DNA of 64,000 nucleotides from NCBI GenBank assembly GCA_963843365.1, contig CAWJKG010000006.1, positions 245,964-309,963 on the forward strand. Reading direction: 5' to 3'. Under the pieces are notes generated by a model. That model was given only the letters and a program-made list of their open reading frames with translations, searched no databases and was not told where the DNA came from. The position numbers and the translations under genes are program-made. Positions 8,186 to 17,125 of the stretch are shown in pieces (the stretch's first letter is position 1; the number at the start of each line of letters is the position of its first letter). This DNA comes from an uncultured Acidimicrobiaceae bacterium (GTDB lineage Bacteria > Actinomycetota > Acidimicrobiia > Acidimicrobiales > RAAP-2).

Positions 8186-8998
8186 ATGTCGATCGACTAC
8201 GCCCTCGGTGACGACCACGTCGTCACCATCACCATCAACCGCCCCGAGGCGCGTAACTCCATGGACATGGAGCACTTCTTCCAGTTGCGCTCGGCCTGGG
8301 ACCGCTTCGGCGAGGACGACGACGCCTACGTCGCCATCATCACCGGCGTCGGCAAGGACTTCTGCGTCGGTGCCGACCTCAAGACGTACATCCCGCAGAT
8401 CACCGAGCTGCAGAGCAAGATGAAAGCGGGCCAGCACCCCGAGGAGCTCGGCGGCTACCGGCTCGACGACGGTGTGAAGGCCGTGCTGCGCGGCACGAAG
8501 CTCTACAAGCCGATCATCGCGGCGGTCAACGGCGTCTGTGTGGCGGGCGGCATGGAGATGCTGGGCGGCACCGACCTGCGCGTGGCCAGCGACACCGCGA
8601 CCTTCGGTGTCATGGAGCCCAAGCGCGGCCTGTTCGCCGGCGGCGGCACGACGGTACGGCTCCCCCGCCAGGTGCCGTGGCCGGCCGCCATGGAGCTCCT
8701 CCTGTGCGCCGATCAGGTGCCGGCGCAGCGGGCCTACGAGATGGGCCTGGTGAACGAGGTGTGCCGCCCGGCCGACCTGATGGCCCGTGCCCTCGACTAC
8801 GCCCACCGCATCACGGCCAACGGTCCTTTCGCCGTCCGGAAGACCAAGGAGTCGGCGCTGCGCGGACTGGCCACCGACATGAAGGAGGCCTACCGGATCG
8901 AGTCGGAGATCTCGGGCGAGGTGTTCAGCAGCGAGGACGCCAAGGAAGGGCCGAAGGCCTTCGCCGAGAAGCGGACGCCGAACTGGCAGAACCGCTGA
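8186..8998 (+). CDS. enoyl-CoA hydratase/isomerase (crotonase) family protein
   Basis: Motifs: VVTITINRPEARNSMD, GKDFCVGADLK, IIAAVNGVCVAGGMEM, FAEKRTPNW. Confidence 0.85.
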   Translation: MSIDYALGDDHVVTITINRPEARNSMDMEHFFQLRSAWDRFGEDDDAYVAIITGVGKDFCVGADLKTYIPQITELQSKMKAGQHPEELGGYRLDDGVKAVLRGTKLYKPIIAAVNGVCVAGGMEMLGGTDLRVASDTATFGVMEPKRGLFAGGGTTVRLPRQVPWPAAMELLLCADQVPAQRAYEMGLVNEVCRPADLMARALDYAHRITANGPFAVRKTKESALRGLATDMKEAYRIESEISGEVFSSEDAKEGPKAFAEKRTPNWQNR

Positions 8999-9007
8999 TG
9001 ACCCGCC

Positions 9008-9964
9008 TCAGGCCTGCCCGCGGCGATGGCGGCGGTGCAGCGGGACGACGAGCTCGGTGATCAGTGCGATGAGCGCACCGCCCACGACTCCGAAGAGGAT
9101 GCCCGAGTAGAAGGCCTGGTTGTTCTCGCGCTGCGCCGCGCTCGCATTGGTGGCGGCCACCTGAATCACCTGCGGGGTGTGGTCGATGCTCCAGATCCAC
9201 GAGGACACCATGGTGGTCCTCGGCTGCGGGGCCGTCTGAATGGCGAAGTTGGCCGTGTTGCCATTGTCGAGACGGAGCACGCGGGTGACCCTGGCGACAC
9301 CGATGTCCTCGGTCTGTGGAAGCTGGGTGTAGTTGACCGCACTGGAGATGCCGCGCAGCGGTGGGAAGCGCGCGCTGAGGTACGGGCCGCTGAGACTGAA
9401 CGGCGATCCGGTGGACCAGCGCAGGCAGAGCCCCGGTGGGGGGACGGTGTCGCCAACCGACGCATATGGCTTCAGGGGCGGTACGACCAGTGCCGGTGTG
9501 GGCCTCTCTTGCAGGGGATAGGTGACCAGGCCCGCGCGGTAACCGAGGTGGGTGTTGCACGGTTGCGCGGAGCCTGGGTTGAGCACGATGAACGTCCAGC
9601 GGGCGCTCGGCAGCGGCTTGCGGTCGAAGGTGATGCCGGGACCCCGCCCAATCGCCACTGCCCCGGCCTGCTGCGGGCCACCAAGGACGGAGAACATATC
9701 GCTGTCGCTGAGTGGGACTGACCCTTTGCGCTGAGTGGTCGTGGCCTTCAGCGTGGCCCCCTCGTCCCCGGACTGGATCAGGTACTCGTTGGCGTCGTCG
9801 CCCGAGCCCGCCACCAGGATCCGCAGGTTCTGTGGGACCAGCTGAAACCCGTTGGACTCAGGATGCAGGTTCCACCCGACGATGCCCAGGACGACAGAGA
9901 TCACCGCCAGCGCGACGACGAGGCCCACCCGCAGCTCCTGAAGGTAGCCCCCCTCGGCTTCCAT
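9008..9964 (-). CDS. hypothetical protein with TM anchors at both ends and a large exposed middle domain
   Basis: 318 aa, GC3-biased. N-terminal TM LRVGLVVALAVISVVLGIVGW and C-terminal TM FYSGILFGVVGGALIALITELVV. I recognise no family motif. Confidence 0.55.
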   Translation of the reverse strand: MEAEGGYLQELRVGLVVALAVISVVLGIVGWNLHPESNGFQLVPQNLRILVAGSGDDANEYLIQSGDEGATLKATTTQRKGSVPLSDSDMFSVLGGPQQAGAVAIGRGPGITFDRKPLPSARWTFIVLNPGSAQPCNTHLGYRAGLVTYPLQERPTPALVVPPLKPYASVGDTVPPPGLCLRWSTGSPFSLSGPYLSARFPPLRGISSAVNYTQLPQTEDIGVARVTRVLRLDNGNTANFAIQTAPQPRTTMVSSWIWSIDHTPQVIQVAATNASAAQRENNQAFYSGILFGVVGGALIALITELVVPLHRRHRRGQA

Positions 9965-10063
9965 GACGGCACCGTAGTGCCTCCCTCCGGCGTCTGCACT
10001 GGGGTTGCAAGCCGGGGGCGCCGGGCTCGCATGGGCTCGGGACGAGGCCGGCTGGGGATGGGC

Positions 10064-10390
10064 TCAGGTCGGGCGGGCGCTCCGGCGCAGCGCCCGCAGT
10101 GAGGGGAACCCCACGACGAGGGTCTGGAGGCGCCAGCCGCGGGGCGAGATGCCGCGTCGCTTCGCCATCCGCCCGGCTGCGAACGCCTCGGCAACGTGGA
10201 TCGCGGCGGCCCCGACCAACACGGCCTGGAGCGTCTCGCGGGGTGGCAGGGCGTCACCGGTCATGTCCTCCACCTTGTCGTAGGCGGACTTGCTCAACGC
10301 GAGCTTCGCCAGCGCGATGAGGCCGCCGTCGAGGAGGAGGAACCAGAACAGCGAGGGACGGACGACGCCCGACTGCTTTGCGCGTGCCAT
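10064..10390 (-). CDS. small membrane protein (possibly DUF4499/TMEM254-like)
   Basis: 108 aa. Features: SLFWFLLLDGGLIALAKLAL, HVAEAFAAGRMAKRRGIS..W.LQTLVVGFPSL. The family guess is from memory and weak. Confidence 0.5.
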   Translation of the reverse strand: MARAKQSGVVRPSLFWFLLLDGGLIALAKLALSKSAYDKVEDMTGDALPPRETLQAVLVGAAAIHVAEAFAAGRMAKRRGISPRGWRLQTLVVGFPSLRALRRSARPT

Positions 10391-10399
10391 GGTGACGTT

Positions 10400-11470
10400 C
10401 TAGCGAGACGGAGCGCCCGGGAGCAACATGGGCGGGTCGGACACGGGCCGCCGCGCCGGGGTGGCGCGGGACGGGGCGGCGAGCTGCCCGCAGGCGGCAT
10501 CGATCTCGGCGCCACGGGTGACGCGGACGGTGGCGTTCACCCCCAGCGACGTCAGGTGGTCGCGGAATTCCCGCACCCGCCCCCGGGGTGATCCGACGAC
10601 GGGATAGCCCGGGGTGGGGTTGAGCGGGATCAGATTGACGTGGGCGCCCAACGGGCGGGCGAAGGCCGCCAACTCGACCGCATCGCTCCCCCGGTCGTTG
10701 ACACCGTCGATCATGGCCCACTCGATGGACAGCCGGCGCCCGCTGGAGGCCACGTACTCTGCGCAGGCCCCGGCCAACGAGGCGAGTGGGTAGCGACGAT
10801 TGATGGGCACCAGCTCGTCGCGCAACGCATCGTTGGCGGCGTGCAGCGAGACGGCGAGGTTGACGGGCAGCGTCTCGCCGGCGAGGCGGCGGATGCCGGG
10901 CACGATGCCCACCGTCGAGAGCGTGAGGTGGCGCGCCGAGAGACCCATGTCGCCGTGCAGTCGCTCGATGGCCCCCCAGACCCGGTCGTAGTTGGCCAGA
11001 GGCTCGCCCATCCCCATGAAGACGATGTTGGAGACACGGCGCGGCCGGGCCTCACGCATGGCGGCGACGACCTGTTCGACGATCTCGCCCTGCGTGAGTT
11101 GGCGCTGGAAGCCTGCCTGGCCGGTGGCGCAGAACTGGCAGGCCATGGCGCACCCGGCCTGCGTCGACACGCAAACGGTCACCCGGTCGGGGTAGCGCAT
11201 CAACACGGTCTCCACCTGCGCCCCGTGCTGCAGCGCCCACAGCCACTTGGTGGTCTCGCCGTCGTCGGCCGACTGCCGGGTGACCTCGTGCAGGGCAGGG
11301 GTGAGGTCGGCGGCCAACGTGCTGCGCAGGGCGGCCGGCAATTCGGTCATCTCGTCCGGTCGCTGCGCCCGGGCATGCAACCCGTCCCAGACCTGGCGCA
11401 CCCGATAGGCCGGCTCGCCGTCGAGCATGGCCGCCAGCTCGTCCCGGGTCAGGTCGTAGGGCGCCGGCAT
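10400..11470 (-). CDS. rlmN: 23S rRNA (adenine2503-C2)-methyltransferase, radical SAM
   Basis: Motifs: YRVRQVWDGLH, the radical-SAM cluster CVSTQAGCAMACQFCATG, NIVFMGMGEPLAN, and the C-terminal catalytic ...DAACGQL. Confidence 0.9.
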   Translation of the reverse strand: MPAPYDLTRDELAAMLDGEPAYRVRQVWDGLHARAQRPDEMTELPAALRSTLAADLTPALHEVTRQSADDGETTKWLWALQHGAQVETVLMRYPDRVTVCVSTQAGCAMACQFCATGQAGFQRQLTQGEIVEQVVAAMREARPRRVSNIVFMGMGEPLANYDRVWGAIERLHGDMGLSARHLTLSTVGIVPGIRRLAGETLPVNLAVSLHAANDALRDELVPINRRYPLASLAGACAEYVASSGRRLSIEWAMIDGVNDRGSDAVELAAFARPLGAHVNLIPLNPTPGYPVVGSPRGRVREFRDHLTSLGVNATVRVTRGAEIDAACGQLAAPSRATPARRPVSDPPMLLPGAPSR

Positions 11471-11516
11471 CCGACCAGGCTACGGGGCACGTGATGGATC
11501 CCGGCCGGCGCGGTCC

Positions 11517-12662
11517 TCACTCCGTGCCGAGGATGACGGTGCCCGAGGCGGTGAACCACCCGCTGGTGCCGTTCACGCAGGCCAGCCGGGCATCGGGGAC
11601 CTGGCGGGCCCCGGCCTCGCCCCGCAGCTGCCGGACGGCCTCAATGAGGAGGAAGATGCCGCGCATGCCGGGCTGGCAGGCCGACAGACCGCCTCCGTCG
11701 GTGTTGGTCGGCAGCGCGCCGCCGACGCGCAGCTTGCCGTCCTCGACGTAGGCGCCGCCCTCCCCCTTCGGGCAGAAGCCGAGCCCCTCGAGGGTGAGGA
11801 CGACCATCGGGGTGAAGGCGTCGTAGATCTGGGCCGTATCGATGTCCGCCGGGGTGACGCCGGCCCGCTCGAAGGCGAGGCGGCCCGAGCGCACACAGGG
11901 CGACTCGGTGAAGTCCTCCCACTCGCTCATGGTCGTGTGCGAGGCGGCCTCGCCCGTTCCCAGTACCCACACCGGGGCCTTGGCGCAGTCTCGTGCGCGC
12001 TCCTCGTGGGTCAAGACGACGGCGCCGCCGCCGTCGGTGCGGATGCAGCAGTGCAGCTTGCTGAGGGGATCCCAGACCATGGGGGAATCGAGCACGTCGT
12101 CGATCGTGATGGGGTCCCGGTAGTAGGCGTCCGGATTGAGCCCGGCGTTGTGACGAGCAGAGACCGCTACCTCGGCCAGCTGCTCCAGGGTGGTGCCGAA
12201 CTCGTGCATGTGCCGACGGGCCACCATGGCGTAGTGCGAGCCCACGGGGTGGCCGAACGGCGCCGCGAATTGGATCGGGCCTCGGGTCCCGAAGGAGAGG
12301 TTGGCCATGCGCAGCTTCTTCTTGAGATCGGCCCGCTGCGTCGAGCCGTAGGTCAGCACCACGACCTCGACCAGGCCCTGCGCGATGGCGGCGGCCGCGT
12401 GCTCGACCATGCACTCCCAGATGCTGCCGCCGTGCCCCGTGGAATCGACCCAGTCCGGCCGCAGCCCGAGATACTCGGCCAACTCGATCGGCGGGAGCGC
12501 ACCGGTGAGCGCCATGAACCCGTCAACCTCGGACCGGTCGATGCCCGCCTCGGCCAGCGCCCGCGACGTGCCCTGGAAGTTCAATTCGAAGGCCGTCTTG
12601 TCGTCGACACGCCCGCAGTCGGAGGTCGCTGCGCCCACGATCGCCACGCGGCGTTTCGCCAT
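11517..12662 (-). CDS. thiolase-like lipid-transfer (SCPx/Ltp-type) protein
   Basis: 381 aa. Motifs: RRVAIVGAATSDCGR and the C-terminal NTDGGGLSACQPGMRGIFLLIEAVRQLRGEAG, typical of SCPx-type thiolases. Confidence 0.75.
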   Translation of the reverse strand: MAKRRVAIVGAATSDCGRVDDKTAFELNFQGTSRALAEAGIDRSEVDGFMALTGALPPIELAEYLGLRPDWVDSTGHGGSIWECMVEHAAAAIAQGLVEVVVLTYGSTQRADLKKKLRMANLSFGTRGPIQFAAPFGHPVGSHYAMVARRHMHEFGTTLEQLAEVAVSARHNAGLNPDAYYRDPITIDDVLDSPMVWDPLSKLHCCIRTDGGGAVVLTHEERARDCAKAPVWVLGTGEAASHTTMSEWEDFTESPCVRSGRLAFERAGVTPADIDTAQIYDAFTPMVVLTLEGLGFCPKGEGGAYVEDGKLRVGGALPTNTDGGGLSACQPGMRGIFLLIEAVRQLRGEAGARQVPDARLACVNGTSGWFTASGTVILGTE

Positions 12663-12825
12663 CGTTTCTCCTGCTCCTCGTTCGTGTGCGCGGTGGGTGC
12701 GGGGTATGCCGCGGGGGCGCCCGGTCCACGGTAACGGCGGCGCCCTCGGGGCAACAATTGCGGCCGACGCCCCCGTCGTGCTGGCCTAAGGTCCCGCAGA
12801 CGCCGGCCATGACGCAAGGAGACCG

Positions 12826-13665
12826 ATGAGCGACACGACCGAGAGCCCGGCAGATGACCACCTGATCCGCCGGATCGAGGACGGCATCTGCTGGATCACC
12901 CTCAACCGGCCCGAGGCTGGCAACGCCCTGACCCAGGTGATGCGGGACCAGGTCGCCTCCTGGGTCCGGGACGCCTCGTCCGATCTCTTCGTCCGTGTCG
13001 TCGTCATCACGGCCGCGGGCGACAAGGCCTTCTGCAGCGGGGCCGACCTGCGCGGCGGGAGGCTGCCGCCGCGGCCCAAGCCCGACGACGCGCCCGAGAA
13101 CGTCGTGGGAGACGGGGCGCGCATGATCCGGGACGGCTGGCAGGCGCTCGTGACCTCCATTCTCGACTGCGAGAAGCCGGTCATCGCCGGCGTCAACGGC
13201 ACCGCGGCGGGCGGCGGCATGCATCTGGCGCTGGCCTGCGACCTGGTCGTGATGGCCGAGGAAGCCAAGTTCGTCGAGGTCTTCATCCGGCGCGGCATCG
13301 CGCCCGATGCCGGCGGGGCGTGGATCCTGACCCGACTGGTGGGCATCCAGAAGGCGAAGGAGCTCTTCTTCTTCGGTGACGACGTTCCCGCGGCGGAGGC
13401 GCACCGGATCGGACTGGTGACCAGGCTCGTCCCGAGGGCGGCGCTGCAGGCCACGGTGGAGGAGATGGCCACACGGCTGGCCAACGGGCCGACCAAGGCC
13501 ATCGCGGCGGCGAAGTGGCTGGCCAACAGGGCGCTCGACGTGGATCGTGCCACGTCCCTCTACGACGAGGCGATGGCCCAGGAGCTCGTGACCAACACCC
13601 TCGACTCCCAGGAAGGCATCGCCAGCTTCGTCGAGCGACGCCCCGCCGAATTCAAGGGCTGGTAG
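12826..13665 (+). CDS. enoyl-CoA hydratase/isomerase family protein
   Basis: Start after GCAAGGAGACCG. Motifs: ICWITLNRPEAGNAL, GDKAFCSGADL, VIAGVNGTAAGGGMHLALACD, FVERRPAEFKGW. Confidence 0.85.
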   Translation: MSDTTESPADDHLIRRIEDGICWITLNRPEAGNALTQVMRDQVASWVRDASSDLFVRVVVITAAGDKAFCSGADLRGGRLPPRPKPDDAPENVVGDGARMIRDGWQALVTSILDCEKPVIAGVNGTAAGGGMHLALACDLVVMAEEAKFVEVFIRRGIAPDAGGAWILTRLVGIQKAKELFFFGDDVPAAEAHRIGLVTRLVPRAALQATVEEMATRLANGPTKAIAAAKWLANRALDVDRATSLYDEAMAQELVTNTLDSQEGIASFVERRPAEFKGW

Positions 13666-14527
13666 CTCCGGGGGACCCCGCCGCCGAGGTCGTCGTGGTC
13701 GACGACGCGGCACCGGGGCCGGTCGTGGTCGTGGTGGTCGACGAGGCCGGTGCGGGTGAGGTCGAGGTCGTTGCTGTCACTCCGCCCGTGGATGCCGTCG
13801 TGCTGGTCGTCGTCCCTGCGGTCGTCGTGGTGGTGGTCGACGAGCCGGAGGTCGTCGACGTGCTCGTGGTGGGGGTCGTCGTCGACGTCGTGGTCGTCGG
13901 CGACGCGGGGGGAGGATTCACCAGGTTCTTGACCGTCGTCCCCGTGTCCGCCCCGCCGAAGATGGCAGTCAGGGGCTTGCCCGAGATCAGCTCGACCGCG
14001 GTGATGCACAACAGCGCCAGCACGAACACGACAGCGGCGGTGGCGGCGATGGCGCGCCAGGAGAAGCCGGTGGCGGCGAGCGTGCGCCGGGCCGTCGATG
14101 GCGATGGCGATGGCGATGGGCTTATGTGTGCCTGCAGACGCTCGGTCGCCGGGGCAGCGGCCACCGCCGAGATCTCCAGGCGTTCGGTCTCCCCTACGGG
14201 AGCCGCCGTGGACGCCATCTCGACCGTCTCGGTGCCCGCACCCCCCGATCGCACGACCTCCGTCGGCGCCGATGTGCTTCCACTCGCTCCGGTCGCGCCG
14301 AGCTTGCGCAGCAAGGTCGCTGACTCGGGCGCCTTGACCACCACCTGCTTGACGGCCTCGTGGCCCCGTTCGATGGATTGCGCCACGAAGGCGGTGGCCA
14401 TCGTGGCGGCCGCCGAACCGATGGCCACACCGACGATGGTGCCCTTGACCCCGAACACCGACGCGATGATCGCTGCGATCACCGCACCGGCGGTTGAGGC
14501 CAGGATCTGCCGAAACGAGAACTTCAC
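13652..14527 (-). CDS. membrane protein with a Thr/Ser-rich low-complexity C-terminal tail
   Basis: GTG start. Three TM-like segments and an SPSPSPS linker. The last ~90 aa are almost only T/S/A/G/P. GC3 is strong in this frame. The 3' end overlaps the convergent hydratase by 14 nt. Confidence 0.6.
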   Translation of the reverse strand: MKFSFRQILASTAGAVIAAIIASVFGVKGTIVGVAIGSAAATMATAFVAQSIERGHEAVKQVVVKAPESATLLRKLGATGASGSTSAPTEVVRSGGAGTETVEMASTAAPVGETERLEISAVAAAPATERLQAHISPSPSPSPSTARRTLAATGFSWRAIAATAAVVFVLALLCITAVELISGKPLTAIFGGADTGTTVKNLVNPPPASPTTTTSTTTPTTSTSTTSGSSTTTTTTAGTTTSTTASTGGVTATTSTSPAPASSTTTTTTGPGAASSTTTTSAAGSPGATSP

Positions 14528-14538
14528 GGGTGGTGTGT

Positions 14539-15012
14539 CTACTCGCCCGTGCGCGGCTCTGCGGCGCGGGCGATGAACTGGCGGGCTCCGGAATCGAGGA
14601 CCCAGTCGTGGCCGAACCGGGCCACAGGGCCGGCGAAGCGCGAGACCACACGCAGGGCGGCGTTGCCCGGCGCCAAGGAGCTCTGCAGCGTGGCCGTGCA
14701 GCCGGCGGCGGCGTCCTGGAGCGAGAGCGTGGCCCGGCCGACCACGTCACCGACGATCTCGGCCTGCACGTGTTCCGCCTCGTCGACGTCCTCGATCACG
14801 ACTCCGAAGCGCACCAGATACGGCACAGGCGGCTGCACCTGGCAACGCCACTCCTCGCCCTTGGCCAGCTCCGCGGCGTCGAACACCCGCAACCAGGGCC
14901 ACCAACTGCGGTACTGCGACACATCGCTGATCAGCGCCCAGACATCGTCCCGCGGCAAGGGCAATTCGTAGCGGTGCACGGTGGTGATGCTGCCCGGGAT
15001 CTCCGCCGACAC
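14539..15012 (-). CDS. SRPBCC (polyketide cyclase/dehydrase-like) family protein
   Basis: 157 aa. Motifs: LPLPRDDVWALISDVSQYRSWWPWL, ...LAPGNAALRVVSRFAGPVARFGHDWVLD. Confidence 0.7.
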   Translation of the reverse strand: MSAEIPGSITTVHRYELPLPRDDVWALISDVSQYRSWWPWLRVFDAAELAKGEEWRCQVQPPVPYLVRFGVVIEDVDEAEHVQAEIVGDVVGRATLSLQDAAAGCTATLQSSLAPGNAALRVVSRFAGPVARFGHDWVLDSGARQFIARAAEPRTGE

Positions 15013-15069
15013 CGACCCAGGCTAACGGGGCGCCGCGGCGAAATCTTCGGCCGAGAAGGGGCCGGTAAC

Positions 15070-15546
15070 ATGGCCTCCGTGCGTGAACGGTGGCTTTCCC
15101 GGAGGGCCGTGTCGCTGCACTTCGCCATCCTCGTCTTCGTCCCCGGGTGTGCCGTGGCCGCATGGTGGCAGATCAACCGGGCCGCCGACGGCAACCAGCT
15201 CAGCTACCTCTACTCGGCCCTGTGGCCGGCCTTCGGCATCCTCAGCATCTACTTCTGGTGGATGCTCATCCACACCGACTACGACGCCGCCGGGCTCAAG
15301 GGGGTCCGACGCCAAGAGGCGGCGGCAGCGGCCGCCGCTGCTGCTGCTGCTGCTGACGCTGACGCTGGGGCACGCGTGGCCCCGATCGACGCGAGTCCCG
15401 GGCCGGGCGCGGCCCCGACGCCATCGGCCGCCGACGTCGACGATCCCGAACTGGCGGCGTACAACGCACGGCTGGCGCAGCTGGCAGAGCAGGGACCCAA
15501 GACCTGGCGCGCCCGCGAGTCGGTGGTCGTCCGGCGGGAGCAATGA
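15070..15546 (+). CDS. small membrane protein with a poly-Ala/Asp linker
   Basis: Start MASVRERWLSRRAV. Two TM segments (HFAILVFVPGCAVAAWW, LWPAFGILSIYFWWMLI), then the A11-DADAG linker. Its stop overlaps the next start as ATGA at 15543. Confidence 0.6.
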   Translation: MASVRERWLSRRAVSLHFAILVFVPGCAVAAWWQINRAADGNQLSYLYSALWPAFGILSIYFWWMLIHTDYDAAGLKGVRRQEAAAAAAAAAAAADADAGARVAPIDASPGPGAAPTPSAADVDDPELAAYNARLAQLAEQGPKTWRARESVVVRREQ

Positions 15547-15929
15547 AGCGACTGACCCAGCGCGGCCTGCGCGGTGCGCTCTTCCGCTACCAGCTGATGG
15601 CCAACATCGTCGGTGTGCTGATCATCCCCCTCTACGTCTTCTGGCTCCTCCACCTCGCAGGCGCCGGGGGCTTCAAGGCGGAGCTCGCCATCTTCGGCAT
15701 CGGTCACGGCTACCTCTACATCGTCTACCTGATCGCGGCCGGGTTCCTGGCCCTCAAGGCGCGCCTCCACATCCCCTGGATCCTGCTGATGTTCGCCGCC
15801 GGCCTCGTCCCGGGCCTGACCTTCGTCGTCGAATGGATCGTGGTGACCAAGAAGATCCAGCCGCTCATCGCGTCCCAGGACGCCGCCGTGTCCAACGAAC
15901 CGCCCGAGGTCAGCCCAGCCGCTCGATGA
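15543..15929 (+). CDS. DUF3817-type integral membrane protein
   Basis: 128 aa, four TM-like segments. Motif: RYQLMANIVGVLIIPLYVFW...GHGYLYIVYL. Confidence 0.6.
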   Translation: MKRLTQRGLRGALFRYQLMANIVGVLIIPLYVFWLLHLAGAGGFKAELAIFGIGHGYLYIVYLIAAGFLALKARLHIPWILLMFAAGLVPGLTFVVEWIVVTKKIQPLIASQDAAVSNEPPEVSPAAR

Positions 15930-17091
15930 CCGTCCCGTTCGCCTGGCCGCCGCCCTCGCACATGGTCTGGTAGCCATAACGGCCGCCCGTGGCTTCCAGG
16001 TGGTTCAACAAGGTGCCCATGAGGCGCACGCCACTGGCTCCCAACGGATGACCGAGAGCGATGGCGCCTCCCCGGGGATTGAAGCGTGCCATGTCGTAGG
16101 AGAATTCCTTCTGCCACATCAGGGCGATGGCGGCGAAGGCCTCGTTGCACTCCACCGCATCGAACTCGTCGACCTTCATGCCCGAGCGAGCAAGGAGCTT
16201 GTGCGTCACCGGCACGGGCGCGGACAGGACGATGGCCGCATCGTCGGCGGTGACGGCGAAGTGCGCGAACCGGGCCCGGATCGGAAGGCCGAGTGCCTCC
16301 GCGGTGGCCCGGTCGGCGATCAGCATCGCCGCGGCGCCGTCGGTCGTCTGGGACGCGTTCCCCGCCGTGATGGACGGTGCCGTCTCGGGCTCCCAGCTCT
16401 GCGCCGGCGGCAGTCCGGCCAGCTTCTGGAGCGTGGTCGTGCGCCGAATCCCCTCGTCGGTCCGCAGGAACTCGCCCGTCAGGCTTCCGTCCTCCGCCTT
16501 TATGGGCACGGGAATCGCCTCCCGCTCGAAGTGCCCGTTGTCCCAGTTCTCGGCGGCGCGCCGGTGCGACTCGAGGGCGTAGGCGTCCATCTCCTGCCGG
16601 GTGATGCCGTAGCGCTCGGCCAGGACCTCGCTGACGCGGAACTGGGTCCAGAGACGGTCATCGACGGCCTTCATGAATGAGGGCGGGAAGGGCCCGGTGC
16701 CACCGCGGGCATTGGACGCCAGAGGGACCCTGCTCATCACCTCGACGCCGCAGGCGACGACGAGGTCGTAGTGGCCGGCGGCAACCCCGGCGGCGCCGAA
16801 GTGCACGGCCTGCTGGGAAGAGCCACACTGCCGGTCGACGGTCGTGGCCGGCACGGTCTGGGGCAGCCCCGCCGAGACCCAGGCGTTGCGGGCGACGTTG
16901 GTGCTCTGCTCGCCCACCTGGCTCACGCAGCCGCCGATGACGTCGTCGACGCGCTCGGGGTCCACGCCCGTGCGCTCCAGCAGGGTCGTCAGGGCGAAGG
17001 CCAGGAGGTCGGCCGGGTGCCAGTTGGACAGCGCCCCGCCGCTCTTCCCGAATGTCGTGCGCACGACGTCGACGATGACTGGTTCTCTCAT
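15910..17091 (-). CDS. acetyl-CoA C-acyltransferase (thiolase)
   Basis: Start MREPVIVDVVRT after GAGGAGG. Motifs: VDRQCGSSQQA (nucleophile Cys), NEAFAAIAL, GGAIALGHPLGASG, CEGGGQANG. Confidence 0.9.
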   Translation of the reverse strand: MREPVIVDVVRTTFGKSGGALSNWHPADLLAFALTTLLERTGVDPERVDDVIGGCVSQVGEQSTNVARNAWVSAGLPQTVPATTVDRQCGSSQQAVHFGAAGVAAGHYDLVVACGVEVMSRVPLASNARGGTGPFPPSFMKAVDDRLWTQFRVSEVLAERYGITRQEMDAYALESHRRAAENWDNGHFEREAIPVPIKAEDGSLTGEFLRTDEGIRRTTTLQKLAGLPPAQSWEPETAPSITAGNASQTTDGAAAMLIADRATAEALGLPIRARFAHFAVTADDAAIVLSAPVPVTHKLLARSGMKVDEFDAVECNEAFAAIALMWQKEFSYDMARFNPRGGAIALGHPLGASGVRLMGTLLNHLEATGGRYGYQTMCEGGGQANGTVIERLG

Positions 17092-17125
17092 GGGATTGCC
17101 TCCTCGGCTCGCCGGGTCGGCGGAC

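Noticed and set aside
14097-14120. Short tandem DNA repeats: GATGGC x4 here, GCT/GCC run plus GACGCT x2 at 15318-15366, CGGCCT x3-4 at 17141-17178, and GCGGAA x3 at 17914-17934. I considered them as CRISPR or VNTR-like elements.
   Set aside because: All are in-frame low-complexity coding (SPSPSP, poly-Ala-DADA, AEAEAE, SASASA) with units of 3-6 nt. There is no repeat-spacer architecture anywhere in the window.
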